A DNA stretch of 64,000 nt from Bugula neritina. Lineage: Eukaryota > Animalia > Bryozoa. The stretch lies in NCBI GenBank assembly GCA_964035545.1, contig OZ037768.1, positions 3,318,741 through 3,382,740 of the forward strand, given 5' to 3'. Position 1 is the first letter of the stretch; each line of letters begins with the position of its first letter. The notes under the pieces are model-generated. The model was given only the letters and a program-made list of their open reading frames with translations, ran no database searches and was not told where the DNA came from. Below, in pieces: positions 1-14,100 of this stretch. The position numbers and the translations under genes are program-made.

Positions 1-11
1 CTAGTCATCAT

Positions 12-320
12 TATACATAATATAACATAGTATAACATAACTATATAGTATAGTAGAACTATATAGTGTAGTATAGTATAGTACAGTATAGTGTAGTATA
101 GTGTAGAATAGTATAGTATAGTGTATTGTAGTATAGTATAGTACATTGTAGTATAGTATAGTGTAGTATAGTATAGTGTAGTGTATTGTAGTATAGTGCA
201 GTGTAGTATAGTATAGTATATTGTAGTGTAGAATAGTATAGTATAGTACAGTATAGTATAGTATAGTGCATTGTAGTATAGTATAGTATAGTGCATTGTA
301 GTATAGTATAGTATAGTAAC
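12..320. repeat. Degenerate pentanucleotide (TAGTA/TAGTG)n microsatellite in a FOG intron
   Basis: Directly visible 5-bp periodicity; it generates the spurious Y/T/I/L-rich ORFs 1..426 and 59..271. Confidence 0.95.
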
Positions 321-548
321 TAAAAATATGATACAGGCAAAGCTCCCCTAAATGATAATTTATCTTCGCAGTGGCAAAGGGGAAGAAATTAAAAGATAAT
401 TTCGTAAATAGCAGCTTCAAAATCAAGTAAGTGGCTGAGGCTTTTAAAAAACTATATTTTGCAAATCAAACACAATTATTCTGGAATGTGAGGAATATAA
501 GCATATATATATACATTATGATCAACTTTGGGGGAATAATCAACTCAC

Positions 549-3500
549 CGATTGCATGGCTTGAGCTAGGTGGGCGGGAGATGTGAACATGTTGAGATGG
601 GGAGGCATCATGGGAAGGGTAGCCATGGCCGTAGGCAAGCTAAGCATGGATGATAGGGTGAATGGTAGACTGGCAGCAACAGCGGCAGCGGCTTGGGAAG
701 CAAGGGAGGCATTGAGAGCTTGATTATCAAATACACTAACCTTTTTGTACATGTCCTAAAAAACATACTTACAAAATTATTATAAACTAACTTTTTTAAA
801 ACAAACTATACGGCCAAATGCAAAGCTTTGGCACAAACCAGGACTTTCTTTCGAAGCCCAGCTCTATCCTGCATGCTAGTTGGAGGCAGGTGCAGTAATG
901 GCGGAATTGAGAAAAGCTTGTGTTTAAGATCAGAAAAGTGGCAAAAGAAGTTATGTTCTCGCAAGAATTTCAACCCACGCCCCAAACCAAAATTTATAAA
1001 GAAATTTAAAGAACTTAGGTTATCTCTATTTCTCCACTACTGCTCCTAAATGTGGCAGGTCACCATGGCAGTGATAGCAGCCAACTGCTAGCAGCGTGTA
1101 GTGACATTTGAACAGACACCAGATATTGATACCACCTCGTCAGTTTACAAGGCAATAGTCTCAACTTGCAATCAACTGGCTGATTAAACCATAGATAATG
1201 TTTGAACCATGAAAAGAAACGAAAGAGTGGAGATACTAATCATTAGTGGCACCTTTATCTAAGTATTGGTTTGCCCAACTCAGCTTACAATGTGATACAG
1301 AATCTAATAATCAGAGATATGAAAATATTAGAGTAGTATGTTTGCCAGCCAACGTTTTAAATAGAAAATAATCTTACAAATACATGGCCACAGTTTCTAC
1401 CACATCTTGGCTAAGCATAAGTGTTGCCAACCACTCAGCTATTAAGTTGCAAACTAAAGATTATCTTTTAGATAACGTCAAACCCCACCTTTATTGCCAT
1501 ATTAAAATTAGTTATTCCCTTGTGTTGCTGGCGGCACTTGAGAGATATTTATTAGATGTTGGTATTACAAGATTATCAGATAACATTCGTTGGCTATCCT
1601 ATTTCGTTCCTTGCTACACTCAAACAACTTTGACATACCAACACCTTCTTCAGTTTCAATTTAAAAGCAATTCAATTCTCATTAGTTAAAGACACTTAAT
1701 TAAGTGTTACATTACTAAATTCAATAGACAAGGCACCCTTCACTAATATTATATATTTTATACTAAAATCTTTATATTATCTACACAGCAGCCCAAAACT
1801 CAAAACAATATTTCTATTGAGTTGAGTGAATCTTTATAATAAACCAAAACGCCCTCAAATCAAAATGGAAATTTTATACTAGTATGAAATTCTAAATCCA
1901 AAGTTAATAATGTATTTAAACTTAGCAACCCTGATAGCTTATCTTGCATAGAGTTTGAGAGATAGCAGCTGCTCCACTATCACATTTTTCTATTATAATA
2001 CCAATCTTATCATTGGCCAGAAAGTCGAAAGTTCATTTTACATTCGAAAACACAAAGCAACAATACTCCACCCAGTATTACCGAAGACATCGATAGTCTA
2101 AGTTCTTCAAGAGATGTTGGCAGAGTACATCCCATAACTATTAGTGTAGCAAAGGCTAATAACTAATGCATAGCAAAACTCATTTCGTTTTGCAAATGAG
2201 TTGGCATGTGCGAGATTTCAGATTTTATCACTTTTGCCTATTAACAGTTGCACCACCGTATCACACAATATAAGTTATTGGCACTGAATTGATTTTCATC
2301 ATTTCTGGGTTTAGTATGTGTTGATCAGTGATATCAGATGGTTCCACTACATCTCAACCTTATTATTCCGTTAATTACTTTCATAAAATAATTCCGTCAG
2401 CATGGCACCATTGATTAACACGAGGAAGCAATGTGACGAAGCAAAAGAAACAAAACTCTCAAATTTACAGAAAAAAATGTTAGATTATATTATTGGCAGC
2501 AGAAAAGAATGAGTTTTTCAGGGAAAAAAACTATAGAAATAAGCAAAGTTCTTTTTGCAAAACAAAATATTTACAATCACTGCCACTCTGATATAAATAT
2601 TCAAGCAACTGTTCAAAGTGTGAAAAATTTCTGAAAAAGCACTTTTTTATTTGATTTGTTTTATTTCCTATGTAAAACATCCTGTTCAGATGAAAGAGAG
2701 GCTAATGTTAGAGCTAACACAAAGATATATTGCAGAGGGTAAGAACCCACCTTTATATTAGGGGAGACAGGAGAGGTGCGTTGAGAGACGCTAGGATTAA
2801 CTCCCTGATCAGATCTGGGTGAGTGAGAGGTGGACGCCGTGCGACTCTTACAATAGTGCAGCTTGTGCGCCTGGTATGACTCAGATTTCTTGAAGTGAAT
2901 GTCACACTCTTCACAATAAGTCTTATCTGTGCTGCTGCCACCACTGCTGCCGCTAGCAGCTATACAAAACAAGAGTTATAATAATACTTATTCACTCAGT
3001 ATGGAAGCAAATGCTTACAACTACACTACATTATATTATTGTGCTGCAACTTAAAAGTTTTTCAACATTTCAAGTCATATAAATGCTGAATCACACTTAA
3101 AATAATTTATTCCACAAAAGATTTTACTGAATATTGATATTAAAAAAATTGTTGCTGCATTGAAAAATATTTATTCAAGAGCAGATGGATGTTTGGGGTA
3201 AGGAGCTTACCTGAGACCATTTTCAGGTTGTCTGTTGTGTGCTTTTCTCGGATGTGACTCGTAATGTCTGCTTTGGTGAGAGACATGTACTTACAGATCA
3301 GGCAGACGTATGCCGTCTGCTGAGCATTGTCCAATGAGCTCTCTAGACTGTCACTCACACCACTCGATGTTGACTTTGCGTCTGTAAAATACAGTTTGGT
3401 CTATACTCATACCTATTATAACTTAGTTATACAACTATTATGTTCAGTCAATTAAAAAGCATAGAAATAATAAATAATGATACATTTTTGAAAAGATTTG

Positions 3501-6500
3501 CAATTGTTATCTCTACAACTAGCACATAAGTAATTTGAAAGCAATCAACTGTACCAAGATAACATTAGAACTGGTACACGCAGCGTTAACATAAAATCAC
3601 AGTATAGAATATTATCGATTCCACATTCCAAAATTCTAACTAAGCAGCTATATTGTGGACAACTACAAGAGCATGTTTTGATATGAGAAGAGATAAGGCG
3701 CCCACAGACATGGCTTGCTGATTTGATAGCTGTATTGAAGTTGGTTGAAACTGTGGGATATTAACCCTACAGAAACATGTGGTTAGCAGCTGAAACTATA
3801 TTGAGCACATGATTTTCTTTGTTTATCAGAATTTGTCTAGCAGTTAAACTTTAACGTATAACAGTCAATTGAACCCAAAAACATCTTTAATGTAATAGAA
3901 AAAAGGTAGGAGTGACAATTTTAGAATAAGAAATAAAAATTTAGATTGTTATGGAAATACAATTTTCTAACTTCAAACTATCAAACTGATCAAATTATTA
4001 TATAATTTCTGTAGCAGAAGTAGTCCATGTGATAAAAGAGAATATTTATAGAGTGTATAGCAACACAAACATGTAATTTTGACATATACTGAAGTTTTAA
4101 GGCTAGTCTGATAGGCTAATCAGATAAAGTATTAGAATATTGGGCTATGCTATCACACCTTGATCAGTAACGTTAGAAGTTGCAGATGTTGGGTTTAGCT
4201 TAGAACAATAGTGTTTCTTGTGAGCCAGCAGAGTGTTGGGGTTCCTAAATGATATCCCGCACATTGAGCATGGGTATTGGACCTCTGCTAAAGCATACAT
4301 ACATCATATGAAACAAATTAAAAGCTGGATGTACTTGAAAATATAAAGATAAAGACCACAAATAGATAAGAATAATATAAATAAAGTATAATATTAACTG
4401 ATGCTATCAGCACTTTGTAGATAAACATATAATTTTATAATGTCAGTAGAGATAAGCAGCAATACAAGAGAAAACAGCAGTTGAACTCTCATAGCAACCA
4501 GCAATCATCACAATTAGCTGCCATAACTATCAACTATCAACCCATCGTCACCGTCTTAACTTACTCTTTAACATCATCACATGTTTAACTCACTCTTCAA
4601 CAACCATAACCTTTTTAACCTACACATTAACATCTTCACTTTTTAACTTACTTCTTAATGTCTTCACCTTACTAACTTACTCTTCAACAATCATCTTCCT
4701 GACTTACTCTTTAACTATCACTTCACTAATTTACTTTTCAACATTACCACTTTCATAACTTAACCAACATATTAAGTTGTAAAAATAAACTCTTCTCAAG
4801 TTATCTACAACAATTCTTTTGTCATGAAGCTGGCAGTCACCTTGAGAGTCCCCAGAGTTCTTAGTCTGCAGTTGGGCAGAAGTAGGGGACGAGCTTTTAC
4901 CCTTCTCAGCCTCTGCTTTTGGAACACCATGATCTGGTGGGTTTGGTTCACAGAACACGGCTACCAGTTCTGCATCTTCTGTCAAGTCTTTGATTACCTC
5001 CACCCATAGCTTAGTTCCTACAATGAGGAATATAATGCTGCCAGTTAACAATGGCGGACTCCATCAACATACATACACTATATTCTACTTAATTTTTAGG
5101 TAAACCATAGGTACGGTAGTAAAGGGGCACACTTAGCTGCTCCCTCACCATGGTTGGATGCAACTGTAAGCTAAAGAAACCAGGGCGTAATGTAATATCA
5201 TATAATCAATTTGATGGTGTGTCATTAGACATAAGCATAGAAGATTAGAGAGAAATTTCAAAAGACTAACAACTGCATTGAATAACCATGACTCATCTCA
5301 TCCAACATAGTGCGAAGCAGTTGATATGATATAGTGTAACAGTAGATATATTATAGTGAAACAGTAGATATAGTAGAGTAAAACAGTAGATATAATATAG
5401 ATGAATAGTAAATATAATATAGATGAACAGTAAATATAATATAACAGTGAATACATACAGCATGAGAAATTAAAACAATTTAAAGTTAAACTGGAATTTA
5501 AACCAATAAATTAAAAATTAAGCTAAGCAAAACTTCGGATATATAATAAATTTACAGATATTTAAAATTTCAGTATTTGTTTCCATAATAAACTGCATAA
5601 TAATTGTAATAGAAGCCTGTTTTCTAGACAATCTTAACAATCAAATGTGACTTTTATTTGAATAATACTATGAAGTAACATGTACTGGTATAGTCATGTT
5701 CTGAATTCTTGGAATAAGAATAAAAAGCAGCAACTGGGTAAGCAATTTGTAAGCTAAGTTTGTGCCTGGAGTAAGTTGAAGGAATAAAAAAATGGCTGAA
5801 ATCAGTTGAACCCGTATCTAACTTTACATGGTCCCAGCAGTAAAGTACAATGAAATTATTAGTATTTAATGGGAAAAAAAAAAGAATTATAAATTATTAA
5901 ACATGAAGCATTATTATTATGTAACAGAAAACATTGGTGTAATGTATTGTTGCATATACAATATCATCCTACAGTGAAGCTGTACATTATTGTATAACTT
6001 TTTCATATAAAAAACTAACAGCCTATCAAATTATGTCAAATTTTCTTCCAAAAAAATTGAAAGCTAGAAATCAGGAATAAGACTAAAATAATAATATTTA
6101 TATAGTTAAATTCACGGTGTTAGTTGATTTGTTGATTCCTACTGCATTATGAATAGCTACATTATAAATACAATAGCTAATTATATTTTATTATTAAAAA
6201 ATTGAACCTTTACAAAAAAGTAAATAGATAATTTGTTGATACTTCTGTAATTTTCATTGATTTTATGTTCACACCTACCAGGACAAAGGTAAGCTTAAAT
6301 CTCAAGGTTTTGTTACTTAGTATTTACACTAACTCATTGTCTAGTCACAACCACTCTGTCAAGATCACAATAAAGATGATAAAATTATCTTGTCTCCAAT
6401 CACAAAGATCAAAACAAAATTTACGAACCCACTTACATATGTTGGCAAGGTGCACGATGATAAGTGATTTTCATTAAGTTATGCAATAGAACTCAGTGCC

Positions 6501-9500
6501 AGCATAGCTATTGTTGTACAACTTGATTAAAATTTATGTGAAAGTATCAAATCATCAACAATATATACTATTTTCTGTTTTAAATTTCCTTTTACTTTGA
6601 TGACGCAGGATTTTACAAAACTAAAAATTGTGATCAATTAGATATATTTGAACAAACAAAGCTCATCCTGATACGATAAAATTTTTCTATAAAATACCTC
6701 AAATCCCTATTGTTTCAACATTTAAATTCAAAATCATTGTAAATTGTGTTGCATATTTACAAAGTTTTTCAAACATGAGTCCTGACTGACTCACTGTTTA
6801 AAACGGAAATGCCAAGGCAATGCCTAAGTCACATACAAATCATCGAAAGACGACTAACTGGCCAAACCCATCTAATCTTGCTAGATCTTAAGTGACGTCC
6901 AATTAGCTTTTTATCAATAAATGGCCACATTCAATAGGCCAACCCATGAATTTGGCAGTATAAGCTGTTGCGATATCGGATATTATCTGAGATATGAGAT
7001 GTGAATATGGAGTTGCACCGAAAGACCAAGTCATCAGATACATGCTGGCAACTCGAGATAATCAGTAGTATAAAGGCATTGAGACTAACTGATGCCTGAT
7101 AAGTTTAAATAGAAAGGAGCTGGGAATAGCCATAGGTTTGGTGCAGGCTAAACCTTGTGAACTAATGGCCCGTGTGTTGTTGTGGCCAGATTGAATTTGT
7201 AGATAATGAAAACGTATAATGGTGATAGTAATTATTGTATTTCTTATTTCCTTGAAAATGTTAAATATTCATCACCAGCCACTTGAATTTCTCCCTTTAC
7301 ATGCCACTAATCACCATTTCACACTTACATTTTATTTCATTTTTATGATATTTGTAATTATTAGATTGTTATCAGTCCTGAAATCTCCAATATATTAAAT
7401 TATGTACTTTAGATTATGAGATGTACGTTCAATTACATTAACTTCATTGTACATTCATTAGAAATTGATTTGAACATTTTTACATTCAAGGTTGTCATCA
7501 AAGCGAGCTGTAAATCTGTACTACAACCTAAAAAAATTCTTTATCCATGGGTTTGCATAAATAGGGTATAATTAACAATCTCTGTTCATCAAAATGTATC
7601 AAGATAATGCGGGCACAAGACACAATATTCAATTTAGACAACCATAATATGCTAGTGTACGATTCAAAATGTTAGAATGCTAGCTATCTGATGGTTTTTG
7701 TTGAACTCTACAATGGAAATTAATGCAGCTTTGAAATTATTTACATAATATTAAAGTAACTCACATACCATTTCATACACAACTGCATGCATGAATAGCA
7801 TAACTACACAGTATCAATAGTACACACTATTGCGCAAGAGAAATAGTATACAAAACTAGCAGCTCACCATCATAAGATATTCTAAGATTAGGCTCTTTGG
7901 TGTCTGAGGGAGCACCCAGATATTTCAACCAGCCACAGTTAATTGAAGCTTCAAGTTGGAAGAACACTTTTCCTTCCAAATGTATAAACTACAACAGGTA
8001 AATAATTACAATCAAATAAGCCATGTAGGTGAAGAGACGATGATGAAATCTTGGACTATAAGGCACTCAAACCCTGCTGCTATTTCATATTTAGTAATTC
8101 TACAAAGAAAAAGATATAAACTAACCAACTATAATTTATACAAATATTCAAAACTCCTACGGCTAGCCCAGATTATTACCAACACTGATAAGGCTTATCG
8201 TACAACCCATCAACAAGTAGAAAATTTATTAGTTTTATCACAACTTAGTGGCAAAACAAGACTTTGTTGTTGCTAGCTGCCTATCAACTCTGGCAAGATA
8301 CGGGCATATCAATGGCACCACTTTTTGTTGTAAGATGTCTGTATATACGTTAGAGTTGTATTTATCAGGACTCAAGATAAGATCCAATCTTCACAGAACT
8401 CTACCAACAAGGATAGGTGTGGCGTGTGGCACATGTGAAAAGTGGACCAACAGACGACACTTAATGGTGCAAACAGAAGAGTAAAAGATGGGATCGGTGT
8501 ATATGCACAAACGGTGGCGGCGGGTAGAGATAACTGGATGAGGTGATAAAAGCTCGTAATCTAACACATCAGATGTTTCTTATCTCAAACTCCCACAGTT
8601 TGAAGAAGATATTTACTTCTTATAATTATGATGACGACAAAGAGTAGATATCATACAATGATGCCGGCAATTCAGATTGTAAGCATGCAAGGCCGGCCCT
8701 CCAGCGTAGCAGCTTTAGTGTACTTTAGACTGGAAACTAATTGGCCAACAACTTTTTAAAAACTATTAAAATTTCCATCAGGCTGCCACAATCTGAATAG
8801 ATATGAAGGAAGAAAAGTCACTAATTTTAAAAAAATCATACTATTGCAGAATTAAGTAAAATAAATAACTATTGGGTTAACAGGGCTGAAGTATAGCGTG
8901 AGGACATAACTCACCGAAACAATCTGCGGGTTGCTTTTTGTCACGGACTCATCTCCAGGTTCAATTTTGTGAGCCCTGAGAGGGTCAAGTCCTGCTCCGG
9001 CTGTGATATGCTTTGCTGACAAAACTTTATAGCCACCTACAACAGCAGCCCTCCACTCATTCATCACATGCAGGAAAAGCAAAGATTCAGTCATTGTTTG
9101 TATGTTGATTTAAAATTTGTCAATTTAAAAAAATCAAATGATAAAATGATGAGCAAACAAAGCAGACTAATGTTTAAACATAGTTCTACGCCACTGAAGC
9201 TAAACTAATTATACACTTACAGGATAACTTAAGCATGATAAAGTGTTTATATTACATATATTATGCACCCTAGTGATAAAGCAAAACTGATAAGGGATAA
9301 TATTGTGTCACTATTACGTTAATTGCCACAAAGAACATTGGTTCAATGCTATCACTCTCTCAAACTCATCTAGTCAACGCCGTCTAAACTCGTGAGTGCA
9401 AGTTGCAAAATTACCGCCATTCAATCTTTGAACTTTCAACGGCGCATCTTCTGGAATTCCCAACATAAGCTCGAGACTTGGTTCTACGGGTAGTATTTGT

Positions 9501-11164
9501 GGAGTTCCTATTTTAGGAACATCTACCGGAGGCGGGCTACAAGGGTTCAAGGTCGCTGAGACTGGACTCGTAGGTTCATCTTTCACATTGACTGCTGTTG
9601 TCTCCATTGGTGAAGGGGGGCTTTTGGCAAGAACTTCACCTTGTGGAGCCGCCTTTACCAAACACGGTTCTTTCTTTGCTGCTTCTAAGTCATCAGCACT
9701 AGTCTCTCCACCTACAGTATTGCCACTTTATGCATAAGTCCTTCATCAAACACCGCAACTTATTTTTGAATATTTAGTTTGCAAAACAAATACAGAAATA
9801 AAAAGGTTAATTTCATCGCCAGCATGAACAACTATAGAATGTTCTAGAAGTTGTAGGTGCAAGACAACTTCGCTTACATACAAATAATTATTTATCTTTT
9901 AAGAACAATCTTAAAATCAGAACACACAGCGAATATTCAGCAAACTTATCATACCGATATCAAGAGAACAAAACTTTTAGAACATAATACTACGTTAAAT
10001 ATTTCTCACGGATACATAAGGGAGTTAGATAGATGGGTAGTGAGATAACTTATTTATCAGGAAAGAAAATCTTTGCTCGTATTTTTATCAGTTCATCAAT
10101 TTAGAGTTCTATAGAATTCTACCTATCCTGGTAAAGATGTTATGACACAACACATACAATTAGCTCAAAAAAATTCCCCACCCCTCATTGTAAAACTAAT
10201 TGGAATTTTTGAAGAATAAATCATCCTTTCCATCAGAAGCAACACTAAACTCAAATTGTTAGCAGATAGAAATTATCTAGTGGAATTCTATGGCAGGAGG
10301 TTAGGCTGGTTGAAGGCTTAGACTGTTTCAAGTCTTTTATGACCAATAGGATCAATGGCTATCTGATTGATATCTAGAGAAAGGCACATACATCTACTAA
10401 CAGCTCATCTTCTGGAGACTATCTGATAAGATCAGATATCAGTAAAGAATTTTTTTCATTTAAATAACCATCAACTGCAATGTAAAGCATATGGCAATCT
10501 TGTAACATGAGGTTATATTTATCAACAGAACTGATGAAATGTAACATGACTTTAGTTGTGCTAGAGATGTGGCTTGACATTCCCAGATAAAATCACCACC
10601 CTGACTGTGTATTTTGATATGACCCAGTGCTGTGAATTCACCAATTACAAGGCCTTGATATCTATTCTATTGGACACTAGCTATGAACTCTGCTATCTAA
10701 TGTAAATCAGTGAGTTTATAATTACACTCAACTTGAAATATGTTAAACTGAGACAAAATTATATCTGATAAGAAATCTTTCTGTTCAACAAAAATGAGAC
10801 AAGCAATTAGTCTAAAAGATATGAGGAATTAGCAGCACCTATGTAAAAAATTTTCTACAGTTTACACCTTTTGCAAAAAATATATAGCTTCCCGCAGAAT
10901 ACACCTGGTGAGAAATTGAAAGAAAGTTTCATTCAGCTTGATATTCACTTGTCTAAGTTTGAGTCTCAGTCTGATCTTGTTTTTAGTCTTTTAAACCAAA
11001 AATTATACTATTTAACGTTTTCCCCACTTAACAATAGCTTAGGTAACCATATAAATGATATTCCCAAACCCAGCCAACACATATAAACTTTACTACAACA
11101 ATAACAGTTTAAACAAAAACTTACACTTGAAGGGTTTAGGATTTTGCTGTTTTCTTCTGGACAT
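549..11164 (-). CDS. ZFPM: Friend of GATA / U-shaped (ZFPM family) zinc-finger cofactor, 5' portion; 3' exons lie beyond the left edge of the window
   Basis: Phase-consistent GT-AG exons: 11164-11125 (MSRRKQQNPKPFK, the FOG/SALL/BCL11 NuRD-binding N-terminus), 9711-9415, 9036-8915, 7988-7868 and 5017-4841 (PR/SET-like domain: GYKVLSAKHITAG...CGWLKYLG...EPNLRI...LWVEVIKDLTEDAELVA), 4287-4159 (CCHC finger YPCSMCGISFRNPNTLLAHKKHYC), 3381-3211 (C2H2 finger), 2959-2751 (CCHC finger YCEECDIHFKKSESYQAHKLHYC), 755-549. The last exon ends at a gtgagt donor, so the gene continues. Confidence 0.92.
4550..4765. repeat. Degenerate ~28-30 bp minisatellite (core taacttactctttaac)
   Basis: About 7 recurrences of aacttactc/aactcactc-like cores at ~30-bp spacing. 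Confidence 0.7.
5322..5450. repeat. ~21-22 bp minisatellite (acagtagatataatatagtgaa-like)
   Basis: About 6 degenerate tandem copies visible. Confidence 0.75.
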
Positions 11165-14100
11165 GATTCTTGAATTATTCCAAAAGCATTCACATGGCTA
11201 ACTTAGAAACAACCTGTAAGAAGTTAATATAGTCACAGTATTTACATGGATATTTAGGTTAGAAAAGTGTCAAGCCACAAATATATGGTTAATGCCATTA
11301 GTGGCTACAAGAAAGCACAAATATTGTGTTTACATTCATGATTGTAAATGGGTCAAAAAGGAGCAACAGATTTGTACATAAAAACATAGTATTGATCATT
11401 CAAAAACAACACACAGAGACTTTTGAAAATTATTTTTAATACAAATTACAGACAAATGCTGTATTACACTATAGTGACACAAACATTTGTAAGTTTCGTT
11501 ACCGCCATACACATACAGGTGGAAGAAAAGCGTAAGATTAAAAGTGAACCTGACTAACACAAATCTACAATTCATTTCATGTTTTCTGTGAGCTTGGGAT
11601 ATTCTAAGTCTATAAGGCATAGACTGGCTTAGGCTATAACGCACCAAATATGCTATAACACATTGTGTAGCATTACTCAAGTTACTAATGATTTAAAGCT
11701 TAATATTTCATAAATATTATTATTAGAATAGGTATATAGAATATTGAATTCGATAGCTACTCCAATAGTAGTTGTTACTAACATAATAAAGTGCTAGTCA
11801 GTTTGATTCATATTTAGTTTAAATTTGGAAAGAGCAGGACATTGGTGACTACTTAATGTGACTATTACTAGAAGTATTGAACTTCAGCTATAGCAGTAGA
11901 GTTAGGTGAGTAAATTAAACTACAATTTTGAATTGCAAAATACTATAGGCATAAGTATGTAAACCAAGAAAAGCAAGATACCGTAACTGTAAGTAATTAC
12001 CAGTGGCAGTAACCATGGCTTACCTTTGCAGCTTATCAGTTTTTAGACTTTTGGCTTTGCTTTGTCTTTCCTCTGACTTTTCAGTCTTTGCTTTACCTTA
12101 GGCTAAGCCACCAATCCTAAGGCCAATGTGAATATCTAATAACATTAAAATTATAACTTCCTTTTTGTAGTGTTGAATTTTGAATATCAATATCAATATG
12201 AATAATTAATTCTATAATAATAATATTTTCTTTCGCAATAACATTAAATATTCCCAAATTTTGAAATAACAGCAACACAAATAAACCTCACGCAATTCGT
12301 AGGTGGTAGGAAGAGCTGTAAGTGCTAGATTGATTGAAATACTAGCTAACAAGGATTTTACCATCAGACTTGGTATTGCTAAGCTTACTTTCTAATAAAC
12401 ATCAGCAATTCAAACAGCACGTGCTGGATATCATTTCTCTATTTAATTGGTAAACAAACCAGGAGTTCGATGGCTCAAAAATGTTTTGATTGGGTATTTT
12501 ATAAAAGACGCGCAATGATTTGCCAAAAGAATTTTACTAACAACGCTGAGCTATGATTGACTAGACACAAGTTACATACGCCAATTATATCGGACGGAAA
12601 TATCTTGAAATCAGTAGAACCGCGTCAAATTAACTATTTCAGTTTTACTCCTAACTCTTAGTATCATAAGTGAATAATGCTAAGACCAAAGATTATACAT
12701 ACTATTTAGTATTTATGGTCGTTAGTACTACTCCTTGGTATTCATGAGGGAAAACCAATAAGCTATTAGCTACTTTTTATGAATGAATGAGAGCACAACT
12801 TACGAAATCATGCTAAAATTGAATCTAAACAAAATTAACTCTTTAAAAAACAAGTTGTCGTAACTTGACACTTTACTGTTGTTACTCATACTGCATCTTT
12901 TACCTTTTGACGTTTATTTTCTTTGTTTTATCCTGGTAGACATACTCATAGTAAAAATACTGATACCAACAGTCATAGACTCATAGTGAAAGACAAATAT
13001 TAATAGCGATACTCAAATTTACCACTAACGGTAACCTGTAAATGTAAGTGTAACAATAACTCCAAAGTCTGTTACTATCGGTATTGCGCTTGCATCAATT
13101 TAATCTAGAGTTGAAGTTAAACTTAGAGTTGATGACGAAAAAACTGTAAGATAAGCCAAAGGCTAAAGTAAGAGTAAGGTTAAGTATAAGTTGTAGCTAC
13201 AGTATACTTATACTTATAGTTGTACTTAGTTGAATGTTAATATTTATAGAATTAAATGATATTATTTATTATAATTAAATTTAATTGCTCGAAGTTAATA
13301 ATAAAATTAAAAGCACAAGTTTCTTCGCTTGAACTTGACTTTGAGTCTAGAAGTTAACCAAAGATAATTATTCTGTACTACGTCAACAACTACTGCTATT
13401 AATATTAGTATTACTGTTAGGCTTAGCATAAGTAATAATATAAATATAATTATCATTAGCAAATTAAATTTAAATATTACTATCAGTATCACTATGCCCT
13501 ATGGACTAGAAATACTTTTGCCATGCTTAAACCTCAACTAAAAGTTAATGTCATTGCTGATAACTGCAATCAGTATCAATGTTAGTATTAATATACTTTT
13601 AATCTATCACATTATGGTGAATTAGATCATCTAATGCTATACATTTATTTTTAGAACATGAAATTTAATTAAATGTGAAATAGGTAATCGCAGTAGAACT
13701 ACTACTAGACCTCGTGCCATCATGATCATCACCATATATAATAATTGTATGTGATTATTATATTTCCATCACTATAATTATATTTTGCAATTAATCAATA
13801 AATCGATTAATTTATAGTTGTTAGTATTGGTATGTTTATTTTGTCATAATTATAACATGAAATTAAGCACCTGAATCTGGACATCGTAGTTATGTCCTCG
13901 TTGCTACAGTCGCATGACTTAACTCCATGCTTCGCTGCCCTGAGTTTAACATTGTTGGAAAGTTTTTCCTTCACTGTAATTTTCTTTGCATTGGAATTTT
14001 ATCAATGCTAATAACAGGATTGAAAACCTAGTCCCTGCTTCAAAACAACGTACAATACTACTATGTTTTACCTTCTCTAAACACGATTTACACAGAGAAA

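Noticed and set aside
1-426. 141-aa and 70-aa Tyr/Thr/Ile/Leu-rich ORFs
   Set aside because: They are translations of the (TAGTA)n microsatellite.
12024-12102. Lys/Arg-rich reading (ERQSKAKSLK) as the FOG N-terminus
   Set aside because: Wrong phase or in-frame stop. The true MSRRKQ start is at 11164, so this is at most a UTR exon.
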